Of a DNA stretch of 64,000 bases, positions 41,984-57,372 are shown piece by piece. Numbering within the stretch: the first letter of the stretch is position 1; every line of letters begins with the position of its first letter. Source of the DNA: Octopus vulgaris. Lineage: Eukaryota. The notes below the pieces were generated by a model. It was not told where the DNA came from. It did not search any database and worked only from the letters and a program-made list of their open reading frames with translations. Where the stretch lies: contig OX597832.1 of assembly GCA_951406725.2 (NCBI GenBank), positions 61,194,001 to 61,258,000 on the forward strand, in the 5' to 3' direction. The position numbers and the translations under genes are program-made.

Positions 41984-42032
<49 letters not shown>

Positions 42033-42587
42033 ATTATTTACATACAGTAAGTACATTTATATGCACGTATATGTATACGCACACACATTAATGTAGACAA
42101 ATATATACATATACATACATATACATAATTTGTATTTATACAACATATATATGTTTTTATATATATATATATAAAGAGAGAGAGAAAGAGAGAGTGAGAG
42201 AGAGAGAAACGTACGTTTTTATTATATATATAGTATATACATATATATGTGATTGTGTGTGTGTGTTCAGCCATGTTGTTTCTTACCGTTATTACCCATT
42301 ATCATAATATTAATCTCTCAATCTATCATTTATCCTTTAAGTGAGGTCATTTATCTCTTCATATTTATTTTATTATATGATATTATTGTTGCATTATCAC
42401 ATTTATATATGTAATAAATATTGTTGCTCTCTTGACCTAAGTTAAACGTGATTGGACAAATCGATGATCAAAGTTCTTACATCTTTGTCTAGATCAACAT
42501 AACCCAGTGTATCCTTATTTTTCAGAAGAAATGCTGTATTTTGTGGAAGCTTTCCCCTCTATCACCAGCCGATCCATTGATCACATA

Positions 42588-43135
42588 CGAGGGTGAGTCA
42601 AAAAGTAATTCCATTTTGTTAAGGGCAGGTATAATTACCAACACACGAACATGAAGCTGGTCCTCTGTGGATCCTATCACTACTTCTCAGCATATTCACC
42701 GTTTCTCTCAATATCAATGTTCCACCTTCGAATGAGAGCATGTATCCCTGCGCCATATAATTCTGTTGGCTGTTCTTTGAGCCACTTTTTCACTATAGTT
42801 TTCACTTCCTCGTCACTGGAATAGTGTTTGCCTCTCAAACCCTCTTTCATGGGGCTGAAGAGATGATAGTCCAGTCACGATGATGGTCCAGTGACGAGGA
42901 AGGGAAAACTGTAGTGAAGAAGTGGCTCAATGAATAGTCAACAGAATTTTACGGGGCAGGGATACAGGCTCTCATTCGAAGGTGGACATTGTTATAGAGA
43001 GAAATGGTGACTATATTGAGAAGTAGGGATGTGATCCACAGAGGACCAGCTTCATTTTGATGTATGATACATGTGCCTGTGTTGGTAATTACACCTGTCC
43101 TAAACAAAATGGTATTACTTTTTGACTCATCCTCG
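42588..43135. mobile_element. Mariner fold-back made of two 3' ends
   Basis: TA-cgagggtgagtcaaaaagtaa..ttactttttgactcatcctcg-TA; both arms encode a mariner C-terminus (DEE.KT.VKKWL.E..TEFYGAGI.ALIRRW). Confidence 0.85.
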
Positions 43136-43164
43136 TAGAATATATCTCTTCTATGGCTGTTCGA

Positions 43165-43380
43165 ACTCAATTGTGAGGATCGCTTTGCAATGGGTTCCAC
43201 AAGGTAAAAGAAGAGGTGGTCGACCAAAGAAAACGTGGTGGAGAACAAGAACAAAAGATCTTAAAAGCAGAGGGTTAACAATGGAACAAGCTGTCAAGGA
43301 TATTTTCAGTGTTGGGAGGTGGAATGACCTTGGTGTCGCCTCAAGTGTCACAAGGCACAATGAGAAACGAAAGTAATGTA
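43165..43380 (+). mobile_element. RTE-type LINE 3' remnant
   Basis: RIALQWVPQGKRRGGRPKKTWWRT. Confidence 0.8.
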
Positions 43381-45329
43381 GTGTAATTCTTTCTTGTGCG
43401 TATTCAAAAGGGTATTGTCATTATTATTGTAGTTGTTATCGACTAACACCATCCCTTCAACATTGCTGCCCTTGTGCGGGATTTGGACTCATGACGTAAT
43501 GCCGCTGACCATTTTGAAATTGGTTAGGAACATTTCCTTTTGGAACACCTGAATATCTACTTTAAAGAATATGTGAAAAAAAAGGTTGTCATCGAAAAAT
43601 TTTCTAGTTGTTTATTGTAACTATCCATACATTTGTGTCACAAGATGTCTGCGACTGGTTTACCTGTCCCTGGGAATTTTGAAGATGTCTTCGAGCGTAC
43701 TGTAAAGTAAATGTGCTTCGGATATAAAACGAAAACTGTAGATGATAAGCATGCTTTTAGAGAATTAAAGGATTTTATTGTATAAAATTATGGATGAAGT
43801 TTTATTAGCAACATACGGTAGATAAACAAGTACAGCTGGTTCGTAATTTAAACCTGCTCGATATTTCCCTTTTCATTTTCGTTAATTGCAATTCATATTC
43901 GTATGCGAATATGAATCTATGAGTCTGCAATCCCTTCTGTCCCCATCCCGTGCAAGTGGACCTACTTTTGATTTAAATCTAGGCTGAGGCTGTTGATTGG
44001 ACGAATTCTGAGGAACCACAAGGGCGTCATACAACCAGACAACTCCCGCAGTCTCCAGTTCGCGACACACTAAAGACTTGAATGTATTATAGAGAACCTC
44101 GTGTGCAAAGGAATTACCGGAGGAAAGCTGGGCTGGTAATAGCAAGTCGAACATTGAGCCAAGGCCTAGGTTACCGAAAATTTGCTCGCTTCAGCCAGTA
44201 TCGTCAAAAAAGTAACATTGTAGAAGAATGCTGCATACTAAATAATGGCGGTGTTGTGTTTGTGAAGACGTCATCACTGGAAATAGTATGGCGGGCTCTG
44301 CAGCAAAATAAGAGTGTAGGAAGAATGAAGCTTTTTTTTAGAGTAAAAAATGAGATCGAAATAAGAATTAGTCAGGGATAATCTATAGATCATCCACGCT
44401 GAGTTCCTTCGCTTAGCTTCACTGTATACTTGGATGGTTTTCGACAGAATCGGTGAGCTGAGAATATCGGTATCTTTCTTCGGTTATATAGAGCTGGCCA
44501 GGTTATATAGAATTAATTCTATGGCATTTTGAAACTTGATTTCGATGTAATTCCCATTTAACACTTTCGACTTTGATGCATTCCAAAATATTTACTCCGA
44601 TTTTTAGATAGTCAATGTTATTTTTTTTATAACTATAATTGAAATAGAAAGAATAGTCTGTGAATTTAGACGCAAAGAAACAAACAACAACAAGAAAAAT
44701 CTTAGGACAAAGCCATCTCTGATTGGTTAAAAATTATTACGGAAAAAATATTACGAAAATTCAAAATACAATTTATCCTGAGCTAAAATTTCATTATGAA
44801 AATAGCGTGTGCATAATGTTTAAAAAAAGTACGTTTTCATATTATGTCATAAAAAGGGAATTTTTTTTTACATGCAGTAAAAAATTATGGTAGTACATTA
44901 AAATATTCGTCATTTTTAACACACGCCAAAAGAAAAAAACAAGTTATAATCCTGTACGTACGAGAAGTGATGGAATGGTGACTTTTCGTATTTAAATATT
45001 TTGAGAGATTCTATAAAAAAAATTTTTTTCGAAGATCAAAATCTGTTTTCGTTTCATAAAGAAATGGAAGAAAAAAAATCCACTAGCTACTGAATGAAGT
45101 TAAGAAGCATAAAATTTCTTCAGAATTATGACAAGCATAAAGAAATTTAAGAACCTCTCTTTGCTTCTTAACTTCGGCAATTGGTACATTTTCTTCGAAT
45201 GATATACGAAACGAAATAAAATGATGCCCTTCAGAAATTCCTAATGAATGTTTAACGAAATACGAGATTAGACAGTACTTCATGCCGCCGAATCCCGAGT
45301 CATTTATTAACTAAGTATACTTTCGAGGA

Positions 45330-45642
45330 GTTTAATGGCCAGGGCATTCGGCTCCCGATCATAAGATCGTCAGTTCGATTCCTGTCGATGCGTTGTGTTC
45401 TTGAGAAATACGCTTTATTTCTCGTTCTTTCAGTCTAACTCAGCTGGCAAAAATGAGTTTGTACCTGTAATTCAAAAGGCCAGCTTTGACACATTTTACG
45501 TCAGGTCGAATCTCCCTGAGAACTAGGTAAAGGGTACGCGTGTCTGTGGAGTGCTCAGCCACTTGCATGTTAATTTCACGATGAGGCTGCTTGGTTGATC
45601 GGATCAGCTGGAATACACGTCGTCGTAACCGACGGAAAGCCA
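45330..45642 (+). mobile_element. SINE family C, tail type 1
   Basis: gttcgattcct B box; ctcagctggcaaaaatgagt core; tail matches 13830-14147. Confidence 0.75.
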
Positions 45643-46619
45643 CACGAATTTTCACACAGAAAAATCAATATATGAATTCTATGCTTCTTTTGTCTTTCTA
45701 ATTCCTGAATTTCAAATGCAAATGTCTAATTCGGTTTCATATTATGAAAGAAAAGATTATCCTCTTTGTAATATCTGCAACCACTATGTAAACCAAATAC
45801 CTATAGATACGAATCTCCTAATGAGAGTGCATGGCTTAGTGGTTAGAGTGTTGCACTCAACATCTTACTCAATTCCTGGACCGGGTGTTGCGTTGTGTTC
45901 ACCACACTTTACTCAACGATCACTTTGACAATTGACGTGTGATACACCGTGCACCCGGCTCAAGCAATAATGATTTGATGGAGGAAGTGATGAGCTACTA
46001 AGCAACACGAACATTTGATCACTAAAAGGAAATCATCTGTGCGGGATGCTCAACAAGGAATTACTGAACCGTCTTTCGCAGAAGTATGGTTTATTTACGG
46101 GGTTAATTTTCACGGTGGGACAGCATATTTGTTTATTAAACCACAGTACGGTTTAGGACTTCCTTATAACATAATTTTATACTCACGTACACATACATAC
46201 ACACACACGCGTGTGTATCTGTGTGTGTGCTTTTCTGAGTTTATATGTGTGTACAGAGGGTTTCAATAATATATTTAACATTATATTTCTAAATGAAAAT
46301 AATTAAGTCTCTAACTTCATTTCTGTTTTATTGATGAAAGAGGTGCAAGGTGAGAGAGAGAGAGAGAGAGAGAGAGAAAGAAAGAAAGGAGAGAGAGAGA
46401 GAGAGAAAGAAAGGAGAGAGAAGCAAAAGCTAGAAAAGAAATAAATAAAGAGGGTTGAAAGAAAGATTGGAGAGAATGAAATGAAATGAAATGAAATTGA
46501 GAAATCAATAGGTTGAAGTTGTGTTGCTTTAATGAGTCAACAGCGAAGAAACCCAACAACTGCTCTTATTACATTGTAAGGTATCCTCCAGTTCTGACCG
46601 ACAATCATTGTGATATGGT

Positions 46620-47015
<396 letters not shown>

Positions 47016-47457
47016 GGCGGCCAGCTGGAAGAATCCATAAGCACAATGTAAACAGCTCGAAGCAATGCTTAGGGATATTTCTTTCGAGCTGTTTACATTG
47101 TGCGCCGAGGTCCACTGTGCCTTTCAGCCTCTCGGGCTCGATAAAATAAAGGACCAGTTGAAAACTAGGGGCTGTGGGGTTCGATGTAACCGATTAGTGT
47201 AAACCCAGTTCGCACCACGTCGAGGTCAACTTGGCCTTTCATCTATTCAGCCCAGTAAATGAGATTGGTATTCCTCTTCTTCTTCTTCTTCTTAGATCAA
47301 ATCTCACCGTTCCATTTTAAATCTTCACAAAAACATACACGCACACACACACACACACACAGACACACACACACACATACACACACACACACACGAACAC
47401 ACACACTCGCGCAGAGTAAAGGATGAATATGTACAATAATATTATAAAAATTATCTA

Positions 47458-47675
47458 CTCTTACTATTTTACTTGTTTCAGTCAATAGACTGTGGCCATG
47501 CTGGAGCACCGCCTTTAGTCGAGCAAATCGACCCCACGACTTATTCTTTGTAAGCCTAGTACTTATTCTATCAGTCTCTTTTTGCCGAACCGCTAAGTTA
47601 CGGGGACGTAAACACACCAGCATCGGTTGTCAAGCGATGTTGGGGGGATAAACACGGACACACAAGCATATACAT

Positions 47676-47742
<67 letters not shown>

Positions 47743-47914
47743 CATATATATGACGGGCTTCTTTCAGTTTCCATCTACCAAATCCACTCACAAGGCTTTG
47801 GTCGGCCTGAGTCTATAGTAGAAGACACTTGCTCAAAGTGCCACGCAGTGGAACTGAACTCAGACCCAAGTGGTTGGTAATCAAGTTACTTACCACACAG
47901 CCACTCCTACGCCT
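47458..47914 (-). mobile_element. SINE B, full length
   Basis: Reverse complement match. Confidence 0.9.
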
Positions 47915-48599
47915 ATCTGATTTTTTTTTATTAATTAAAGACAAAGAACAAATGATCGAAATAAACGTTATCTACTGCTACTAGGACACTAAGAATGAGA
48001 AAGAAAAAAGGAAAAGAATATTATTTCATATGTTCTCTCACTCAAGAAAAAGATTATTGCATAATAATAATAATAAAGGAACAAATATAAACAGCTATAG
48101 TATTTAAATAATATTGAAATATTTTTACATTAATATTCGATTGCTCTACACTCTGGGAGTTATTTAAGGAAAATGAGGAGTTTAAACTTTTAAGAATTAT
48201 ATTGACTAAGAGAGAGAGACGAACAGAAATGCAGTGATGATCATCAGATAGACAGATTAATAGAGAGATGAAAGTATTGTAGATGGGTGAACAATGAGGC
48301 TATCTGATTACGAGTGAGAAGTGTTTAGTAAACAATTTAGTTTCCAGACAGGTCATAAATAATTTAGTGCTTAGATTGACGGTATTGCACAAGATAAAAA
48401 GTAACTTTAAGTAGGTAAGTAGAAAGATTTTATAGATATATAAAGACACCCATACATCCTTTTATTTACAAGGGCCAACAGTCACTCATTCGCACACATA
48501 TATATTGATAATATCTTCTATATATCCAACAGGTATGTGAATAAGAACGCACGTGCACTTGCATCTATACTTGGAATACCCGTCACTGCATGCTTGTAT

Positions 48600-49740
48600 T
48601 TTAATATAGTTATTCACAGAAATTTTTTGTTAAACTTTCAAGAGGGCTTATAAATTGTCTTAGTTTATCCGTTGCTACTCTGTAACTGAATCTCATTAAA
48701 TTCTTCCTGATTATTTTTCATTATAAATCTGTTATTTATGTACCGCCACTCTCTTGCGTAGTGATATCACAGTTTGTCCAATATAATTTTCCAAACAATC
48801 ATAGTACGTTATTACATAACTCAAATTTTAGCAGCTGCAAGTTAAACATTCTTTTGTTCTTAAGACTTCATCCTAAAATTTGAACTCCGAGCTTTCAGTT
48901 AAATATAGGCACGTACCGCACCACTGTTTGGAATTCCGCATTTAGTAACGACGGAGTTGGAAACATGTTAGGAAACCTTTATTCTAGTTAGTATATTTTC
49001 CGATAATTTAGGTTGTCTTTTGATTTTGATGACTTCTTCTCAAAATTAAATGCATTTTTTGATCTTCAAACGGAATAGGTTGTTTGTTTTGAGTATGGTT
49101 AAATATTTCGGTATTTCTTGTGTTAAATGTAGACACACTTGACAAAACTGTTTTCTGGGTTTTACCTTTCACGTTATTTAAAGATCATGAAATCTATATA
49201 GTTTGCTTTTTCTACACCATTTCTAATAAAAGTGGAAACCTCTTTGAACTAGTATTCTTCCAATCTTTGATCACGGTTTGTAGTGTTTGATATATTTGTG
49301 AAAATTCTTTTTGCTAACTTTAACGGTATGTTCGCTTTCATGTTTAGGGCGGCAGGATGTAAAAAAAGTTACTGTTTCGAAACCGTGAGTTTCTAGTAGA
49401 AATTTATTTCCATTCTTTTATATTTTATATTTTATATATTTAAAATGTAAAGAAAAGATAGCTCTGGTTAAATTCCATCTTGAACTGTATATATGTTTAC
49501 TTTTATTATAAAATTCTCAAATTTCATAAATGTCTTTCGATCTTCCCGCTATGAAATTAAACATTCGTTTTGGTATATTTTCTAGATTCATTTTAAGTAG
49601 GTGTAAGATGTGTTTTCGCTTATCTGAGAAGACTCTTTGTAAATTTTAACATCAGTTATTTGTCCTATAATTTCTCTAACATTACAAATGTTTTATCGTT
49701 GGTATTTAACATTGCATTTTCATCCATTTTGTTTGTATAT
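48600..49740 (-). pseudogene. Heavily degraded Penelope-like RT/GIY-YIG remnant, not visible in the ORF track
   Basis: Manual translation: IQFKMEF, NIPLKLAKRIFT, KRQPKL, YVIT..CLENYIGQTVISLRKRVAVHK, colinear with 23395-24778. Confidence 0.8.
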
Positions 49741-49779
49741 GCAGATATATATGTAAGTGCGTGAACATTTGAAGGCGCG

Positions 49780-49828
<49 letters not shown>

Positions 49829-49830
<2 letters not shown>

Positions 49831-50232
49831 TCTTTTGCTCTTTTACTTGTTTCAGTCATTTGACTGCGGCCATGCTGGAGCACCGCCTTTAATCGAGCAA
49901 CTCGACCCCGGGACTTATTCTTTGTAAGCCCAGTACTTATTCTATCGGTCACTTTTTGCCGAACCGCTAAGTGACGGGGACATAAACACACCAGCATCGG
50001 TTGTCAAGCAATGCTAGGGGGGAAAACACAGACACACAAACACACACACATACATATATATATATACATATATACGACGGGCTTCTTCCAGTTTCCGTCT
50101 ACCAAATCTACTCACAAGGCTTTGGTCGGCCCGAGGCTCTAGTAGAAGACACTTGCCCAAGGTGCCACGCAGTGGGACTGAAACCGGAACCATGTGGTTG
50201 GTAAACAAGCTACTTACCACACAGCCACTCCT
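49829..50232 (-). mobile_element. SINE B, full length
   Basis: Reverse complement match. Confidence 0.9.
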
Positions 50233-50604
50233 ATATATATATACACTCATATTTCAGTACTATGGACCTCCTTTTTAACGGATTTCGGAAGCAGCAGATA
50301 AAATCACACAATATCAACAATAGTTCTTCACCAACCATGGTAAGCTTGATTTAAATTTAAAATGTTAGGTATTTTACACTGTCAGATTGGATAGCGTGCT
50401 TGATTAAAAGTGCAGTACTCTGTTTATTCCTGTCTTTCATAATGCAATTGTTGAGATTATCCACTCCTAACGTAACCTAACCTTAGTGTCGGTACCTACA
50501 GACAATCGGCTTCATCGGACCTATGTTCTTTACTTTTAGTCCGCAGTATCGACATATGAGTGTCGCTAGCCACTACACATTCTTTATTTTCTTTCCTTGT
50601 TTTC

Positions 50605-50640
50605 CTTTCTGTGGAAGAGCGTAGGCTCGAAATGTTAAAG
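50605..50640 (+). ncRNA. Third, more decayed copy of the CUGUNGA hammerhead-like fold
   Basis: cttt-CTGTGGA-a-gagc-gtag-gctc-GAAAT-GTT-aaag. Confidence 0.45.
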
Positions 50641-51822
50641 ACCTTTTCACTTCCTGAGCATTAAACTAATAAATCTGTTTGTTGTCTACACCGCCTGTCT
50701 TCGTGTTTTTTTGTGAATTCTCCCTATACACACACGCACACACACGCACACACACACACACACATTTGTGTGTGCATGTGCGTGCGCGAATGTGTGTGTG
50801 CATGTGCGTGTGTGTATATATATATATATATATAGATTACATATATATATGTATATATATATATATATATATACATGTATATATATGTACGTGTGTGTGT
50901 TTATCAATTTGATGTTAAGTATAGTAATTACATTGGTTTATTCCTGACTTTGTTGTAGATTTACACCCATAGACATACACATACCCTCCTTTCCACACAT
51001 ATGCATAATATCATTAAAGTCGTATTTCTTCATCTTATACAAAAAAAGCAGAGAAAACATCAAAATAAAAAAACGTTCTTAATGGCACCAGTTTAAATTG
51101 GTAAATTCTTCGACTGTTTTTATGGCATAATAATCATATCCGGAAGTCGTAGAAACTGGAATGGTAAATCACTCTCTGTGTATACATGTGTATATATATA
51201 TATTATATATATGTGTGTGTGTGTGTGCGTTTACATAATGCGTACAGTGTTTTTGATGTGTATATGTATGTCCTGTGATGTGAGTGTTCGAGGTGCGGTT
51301 GAGATCTTTAAATTCCAGTTTAATCTGGTCAGGTTCATCCTGACTATAATAATTACTTATAAACACCAAATCGACATTCACGAACACGACACACACACAC
51401 ACACACACACACAAGCACACGTACAAACACATACACACACACACATACACGCACACACAAACACACACACTCACACAAACATACACACACAAACACATAC
51501 ACACGTACATATGTGTAGATGCATACACTGGTCTATAGTACATTCACCGATTCTCTCCGTTTTTCTTTTTTCCAATTTTACCTTCCTTCCAGGCAAAAAA
51601 AGCTAAAACAAACATAAAAGTATGATGATTTGGATGAATATGATGACGATGATGATTATGATCATCATCGTCATCATCATCATCAACATCATCTTCCTCA
51701 GAATCATCTTCAAGTCATCCTCATAAATGTACATACAAACACACATACAAATGCAAGTATATACACATGCTCTTATTTACCCACTAAAATGCTTCAATAT
51801 ATGTATGTATGTATATATGTAC

Positions 51823-51890
<68 letters not shown>

Positions 51891-52295
51891 TAGTCTACCT
51901 GCCTACCTACCTACCTACCTACCTACCTACCTACCTACCTACCTACCTACCTACCTACCTACCTACCTACCTACCTACCTACCTACCTACCTAACTACCT
52001 ATGTAAACGCGTATGTGGCTAATCGGAGTCTGTTACTGTCTGGGAGATTCTTACGGTAGTAGAAAAGGAATTTTTTAACTCCTACTTCTAAATTCGGTAT
52101 GTGGTGAAACAATTAGCTGACCCCTAATTATAATTATGCTTATAATTATAGAATATTTGTGTCATTTTAAAAAGGTTATTTTAACGTACTGATCTACTTG
52201 GTAAAATTATCAATTAATTAATTAATTTTACCCTTTTATTATTAATATATGTATGTATGTATCAAACAATCAATCTATCTACCTATCTACCTATC

Positions 52296-52373
<78 letters not shown>

Positions 52374-52386
52374 GTATGTATGTATG

Positions 52387-52438
<52 letters not shown>

Positions 52439-52919
52439 AGTCTTTCTATCTGTCTGTCGGCGATTTTCTTTTGATAACTTGATTGGCGCTAATGGAGTAC
52501 AAATAATTTCATACTGAACCTTAATATTGACACGCACTGTAGAAGGATCGATGCAATTACCGTTTTGTCAATGTTGAAGTTATTACAGAGTTCATATTAG
52601 ATACTGTTGGCGATTTACGGTCAACAGGCAAGAAAGTAGTTTTTGTTTGTGACAAATGCATATTATGTCTGTTTACTTAGAATAGTGTTATGGTATTAAT
52701 AATCCATCCAACATCAAATCAGTTAAGTTCTGAAGGGAATTCTCTTGATGACAAGTGTGGCGTTTACCAAAGCTCTCGTATCATATTGGTTGTTTTATTA
52801 TGTAATATTATGTATTGCATTATTTTGTCACTAGTAGGAAGCCACAAACCTGGAGACTTACGATCTTGCTGTTAATAATCAATGTGGTTTACAGATTTTA
52901 GTGTAAATATAAAATGTCA

Positions 52920-53030
52920 AGCCAGCGGGTCGGCCTCTTCCTCTCTTGCCACTGACCGTTCCGAGCATGATGTCCTTCTCCAGGGATTTTCTCCGCATAA
53001 TATGACCAAAATATGTCAATCTATGCTTAA
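52920..53030 (-). mobile_element. RTE/BovB-like LINE remnant
   Basis: Manual translation RLTYFGHIMRRKSLEKDIMLGTVSGKRGRGRP. Confidence 0.75.
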
Positions 53031-53398
53031 ATTTATCGTGTTTCTGATATCCTATTGCCGTGTATTGAATCTATCAATTCATTCTTGTAGTTATGTTGGT
53101 TGCGATTGCACTGTTACGCAGTTTAGACAGATCTATTTTCTTTTAAAAGAGTTTGCTTATAATTCAAATAGCTATAAGAAAATATTCTCTGGGTTATCAA
53201 GCAATGAACTGTCTCTCTCTGACGATGGGGCTATGAATATTGAAACAAGCCAGTTTATATACTATATACTAAAGAGATTTGCTGTGTTAGGCCTGATTAG
53301 TGCGAGAAGGTACAAAATAGATTACCTTCTTGCATTGTTTCGGCCTTACAACAACAAATCTCTTTGAGGTTATCCGCACAATGCTTCACCAAAACTGC

Positions 53399-53451
<53 letters not shown>

Positions 53452-53480
53452 GTATATGTATGTATATATATATGCATATG

Positions 53481-53533
<53 letters not shown>

Positions 53534-53548
53534 TATGTATATATATAC

Positions 53549-53601
<53 letters not shown>

Positions 53602-53607
53602 CATATA

Positions 53608-53649
<42 letters not shown>

Positions 53650-53653
53650 CATA

Positions 53654-53728
<75 letters not shown>

Positions 53729-54104
53729 CAAGAACCAGATGTGCACCATACGCTCGCGTGCGGTGCGCGTGTATTCATTACCAAACCCAGTTTTATGTTA
53801 CGTCAAGACTAATTGGAAATTCAAATATATTTCACGCTCGGCTCGAGTTTCTCGCCCAGCACCATCTAAACGACCAGTATCGTTTAACATTATGTTAATA
53901 TTTGTCTGCCTCTCTAATGAGGAGAGAAAAACTAAAATTTCATCCAACAACAACTCGTTATATAATACAAACATTTGCTGATAGGTCAGTCTAGTTGTTC
54001 AGATTCTCAGACCGTTGAATCGATTGCACACCGTATTTTCCTGTATGCAAGTCGAATTCGTCAGACCGGAATTTACAACCAAAAATGGTAGACCGATTTA
54101 CAAT

Positions 54105-54510
54105 ACAAGATGTTTATTTTTATTATGAAATTCTCAAATTTCATAAATATCTTTGGATCTTCTTGTTATGGAATTTAACAGTCGTCTTGGTATATTTTCT
54201 AGATTCATTTTAAGTAGGTGTAAGAGGTGTTTCCGCTTATCTGAGAAAATTGTTTGCAAATTTTGTTGACATCAGTTATTTGTCCTCTAATTTCTCTAAT
54301 AACATTACAAATGTTTTAACGTTTACTTTGAACATTTTCTCAGCCAGTTTAATTGATTGTTTATCGTATTTTTCTATCTGGAAGTCGAATTTTTCAGATC
54401 GAAGTTTACAAACAAAAGACAGTTCGACTTACACTCTAAGATGTTTATTTTTATTATAAAATTCTCAAATTTCATAAATATCTTTGGATTTTCCTGCTAT
54501 GGAATAAACC
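54105..54510 (-). pseudogene. Penelope RT remnant, related to 49490-49700, with a partial tandem duplication
   Basis: KIYQDDC..FMKFENFII; segment gatgtttatt..ttctcaaatttcataaatatctttggat occurs twice. Confidence 0.7.
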
Positions 54511-55359
54511 TTTGGAAGATCATAAATTCGACTTGAAATATTGCAGAATTTCGAAAGGTAGCGACGAAGTTTCAATGCTTAAGCTACATGTTAACACAGC
54601 ATACTACATCGACAAGTAAGGAATAAACCGTATGGTCTCTTTCAGACCATTAGAACAGGCTGTGAAATTCCTGAAGCCTTTACAACAACCTTTGCAAAAT
54701 TGAATAGAAACATACTTATCAGCTTATGAAATTTATACCCGGAAAGTAAAATTATCACTATAAAAAGAGGGCACCAATTTGATGTCAACCCTTGTCTATT
54801 TACATGTGTGTAGATTGGGATTCTCGCAAATGGTCAGGAAAAAACCTCAAAAACCAGAAAGTATTCAGGATATTCTTGACCAAGAAAAGTTGTTGATTTA
54901 CGGCCGCAAAAGTATAGAAACACGGTATGAAGAGTTCTTTAGTTTAAAACAGCAAATCCATGTCCCGTTTAGCATCAGGTGTTAGGGTAATATATGAATT
55001 TGACACCTCATGAAAAGACAAAGCTGCGGCATTAACCAATTCTTTGTCGAATGACTTCAAGGTTTTTACATTGAGGCAATGGGTAATGCAGTGTTTTGTT
55101 AAAGAATACAACACCTCGCCTGGTCTGAGAATCGAAATCACGATCGCAATATTGTGAGTGCAGCACGGTGCGCCTATACTCCATTGTAATGAATAAATAC
55201 TCTGGTGTGTATGTTGTGTTTGGTTCTTTCCCGAACATTCTTTAATGTTCTTTCTTGTCAGTGCACAAACATGTCTGCTGGTAAGTTTGAACTGAATTCA
55301 AATAAACCAAACTAAACTAAAGGATAAAACACACACGCAGACACACATACTTACACACA

Positions 55360-55542
55360 CACACACCACGCACACACACACACACCACGCACACACACAC
55401 ACACCACGCACACACACACACACACACCACGCACACACACACACACCACGCACACACACACACACCACGCACACACACACACACCACGCACACACACACA
55501 CACCACGCACACACACACACACCACGCACACACACACACACA
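55360..55542. repeat. Higher-order (CA)n repeat punctuated by CCACG roughly every 17 bp
   Basis: Direct reading. Confidence 0.9.
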
Positions 55543-55757
55543 AAAGCTCACACACGTACACACGGTGGCAAACCTTTGTTCTTTTTTATGCGTGTACTGT
55601 ATTACAAATGCTTACAAAATGTTTATTTGTCCATGTGTATGTTACTAAGAATGTGAATCATTTGTTTTCCGCCATTTTGATGCTTTATTTTTGTTTCTGT
55701 ACTCACAGATGTGTGTGCGTATATACACACGTGTGCGTTACTATTATTGTTTACAAG

Positions 55758-57329
55758 GAAGGCGGCAAGCTGACAATATATTAACACAAAGGACAAAACG
55801 CTTAACGAGCATTTCTCCCGGCACTTTACTTCCTGAGTTCAGAAACCGCCGAGGTCGTTGCCTGTCATGCCTTCGGAGGAGATGGAATGAAATACCAGTC
55901 AAGTACAGGCATCGATGTAGTCGACATACACCCCACCCCACCCTATTTGAAATTGCTGGCCCTGTGCCAAAATTAGAAAGAATTGCTGTTTACCAGAGCG
56001 GTCGGTAGAATTGCTTGAGCGTCGGCCAAAGTGTTTTGCAGAATTCTACTCCATCTCTTTAGCATTCTGATTTCAAATCTCGTCGAAGTCAAATTTTCGG
56101 TTCATTCTATCAAGGTGTTGTTGTTTGTTCCTTCCGGAGCTATGCCTGGCTCATTAAGGGCAGGTTTCCCCGGTTTCATCGGCAGATAAGTTCCTCACTT
56201 GGATGGGACGCCGGTCCGACGCAGGCGAGATGCTAGATGCAGGAGGAAAGAGAGAAAGTTGTGGCGAAAGAGTCAGCAGATGTTCGCCATTACCTTCTGC
56301 TGGAGCCACGCGGAGCTTAGGTGTTTCGCTCACAAACACACATATCACCCGGTCTGAGATTCGAACCCGCGATCGCTCGACCACGTGTCCGCTCCTCTAA
56401 CCACTAGGCCATGTGCCTTTATTCTATCAAGGTCGCTAGATGAAATTTCTGTCAAGTACTGGTGTCGATGTTAACTGTACCGCTCTGAATTGCTGACCTT
56501 CTACATAAATCAAAAACGAGAAGGCGGTGGGTTGGCAGAGTCGATAGAGCGTTGGGACAACTGTTTTAGAAGTATCTACAGTAATTCTTTACGCTCTGGG
56601 TTCAAATGCTAACTAGGTCAACCTTGCGTTTTATTTGTCCGGGGGTCGATAAAATAAGGTACCTTTTAAGGATTTGAGTTGAAGCAATTGATTTAAAAGC
56701 ATTCCACCTTTAAAACTGCTGGCGATCAGCTTAAATTAGATGCAGTTGTTGTAGTTTATCAGGGCGCTGGATCAGCAGAATCGGTAGAGCGCTTGGCAAT
56801 TTCCATTGTCATATTCACTTACGATTCCTTAAGCTCGTACTTCAAACCTTTGTTTGAAAGTATCAGTCACTTACTAGTGTCGATGGAGTCGGCTTTCCCC
56901 CTCCCCTCAAAATTGCTCCCCTTGTGCCAAAATTAAAAAGAATTATCATTCTTATTATTTAGGTGACGAGCTGGGAGAATCGTTAGCACGGTGAGCGAAA
57001 TGCTTAGCCGTATTTCGTCTGCCGCTACGTTTTGAGTTCAAATTCCGCCGAGGTCGAATTTGCCCTTCATTATTTCGGGGTCGATAAATAAAGTACCAGT
57101 TGCTTCCTGGGGTCGATGTAATTGACTGGCCCCCCGAGCCTAAAAGTTCAGGCCTTGTGCTATAAGCAGAAAGGATAATAATAATAATTATCATTATTAT
57201 CATCATCATCATGATTCTTATTATCATTATTATAATTATTATTATCATCATCATCATCATCATCACTTCCACCACCACCACCACCACCACCACCACCACA
57301 ACCACCACCACCACCACCACCACCATCAC

Positions 57330-57372
<43 letters not shown>

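Noticed and set aside
43882-44154. Minus-strand ORF with FKSLVCRELETAGVVW, faintly like CR1/L2 LINE RT C-terminus
   Set aside because: A single weak motif; cannot be supported without a profile search.
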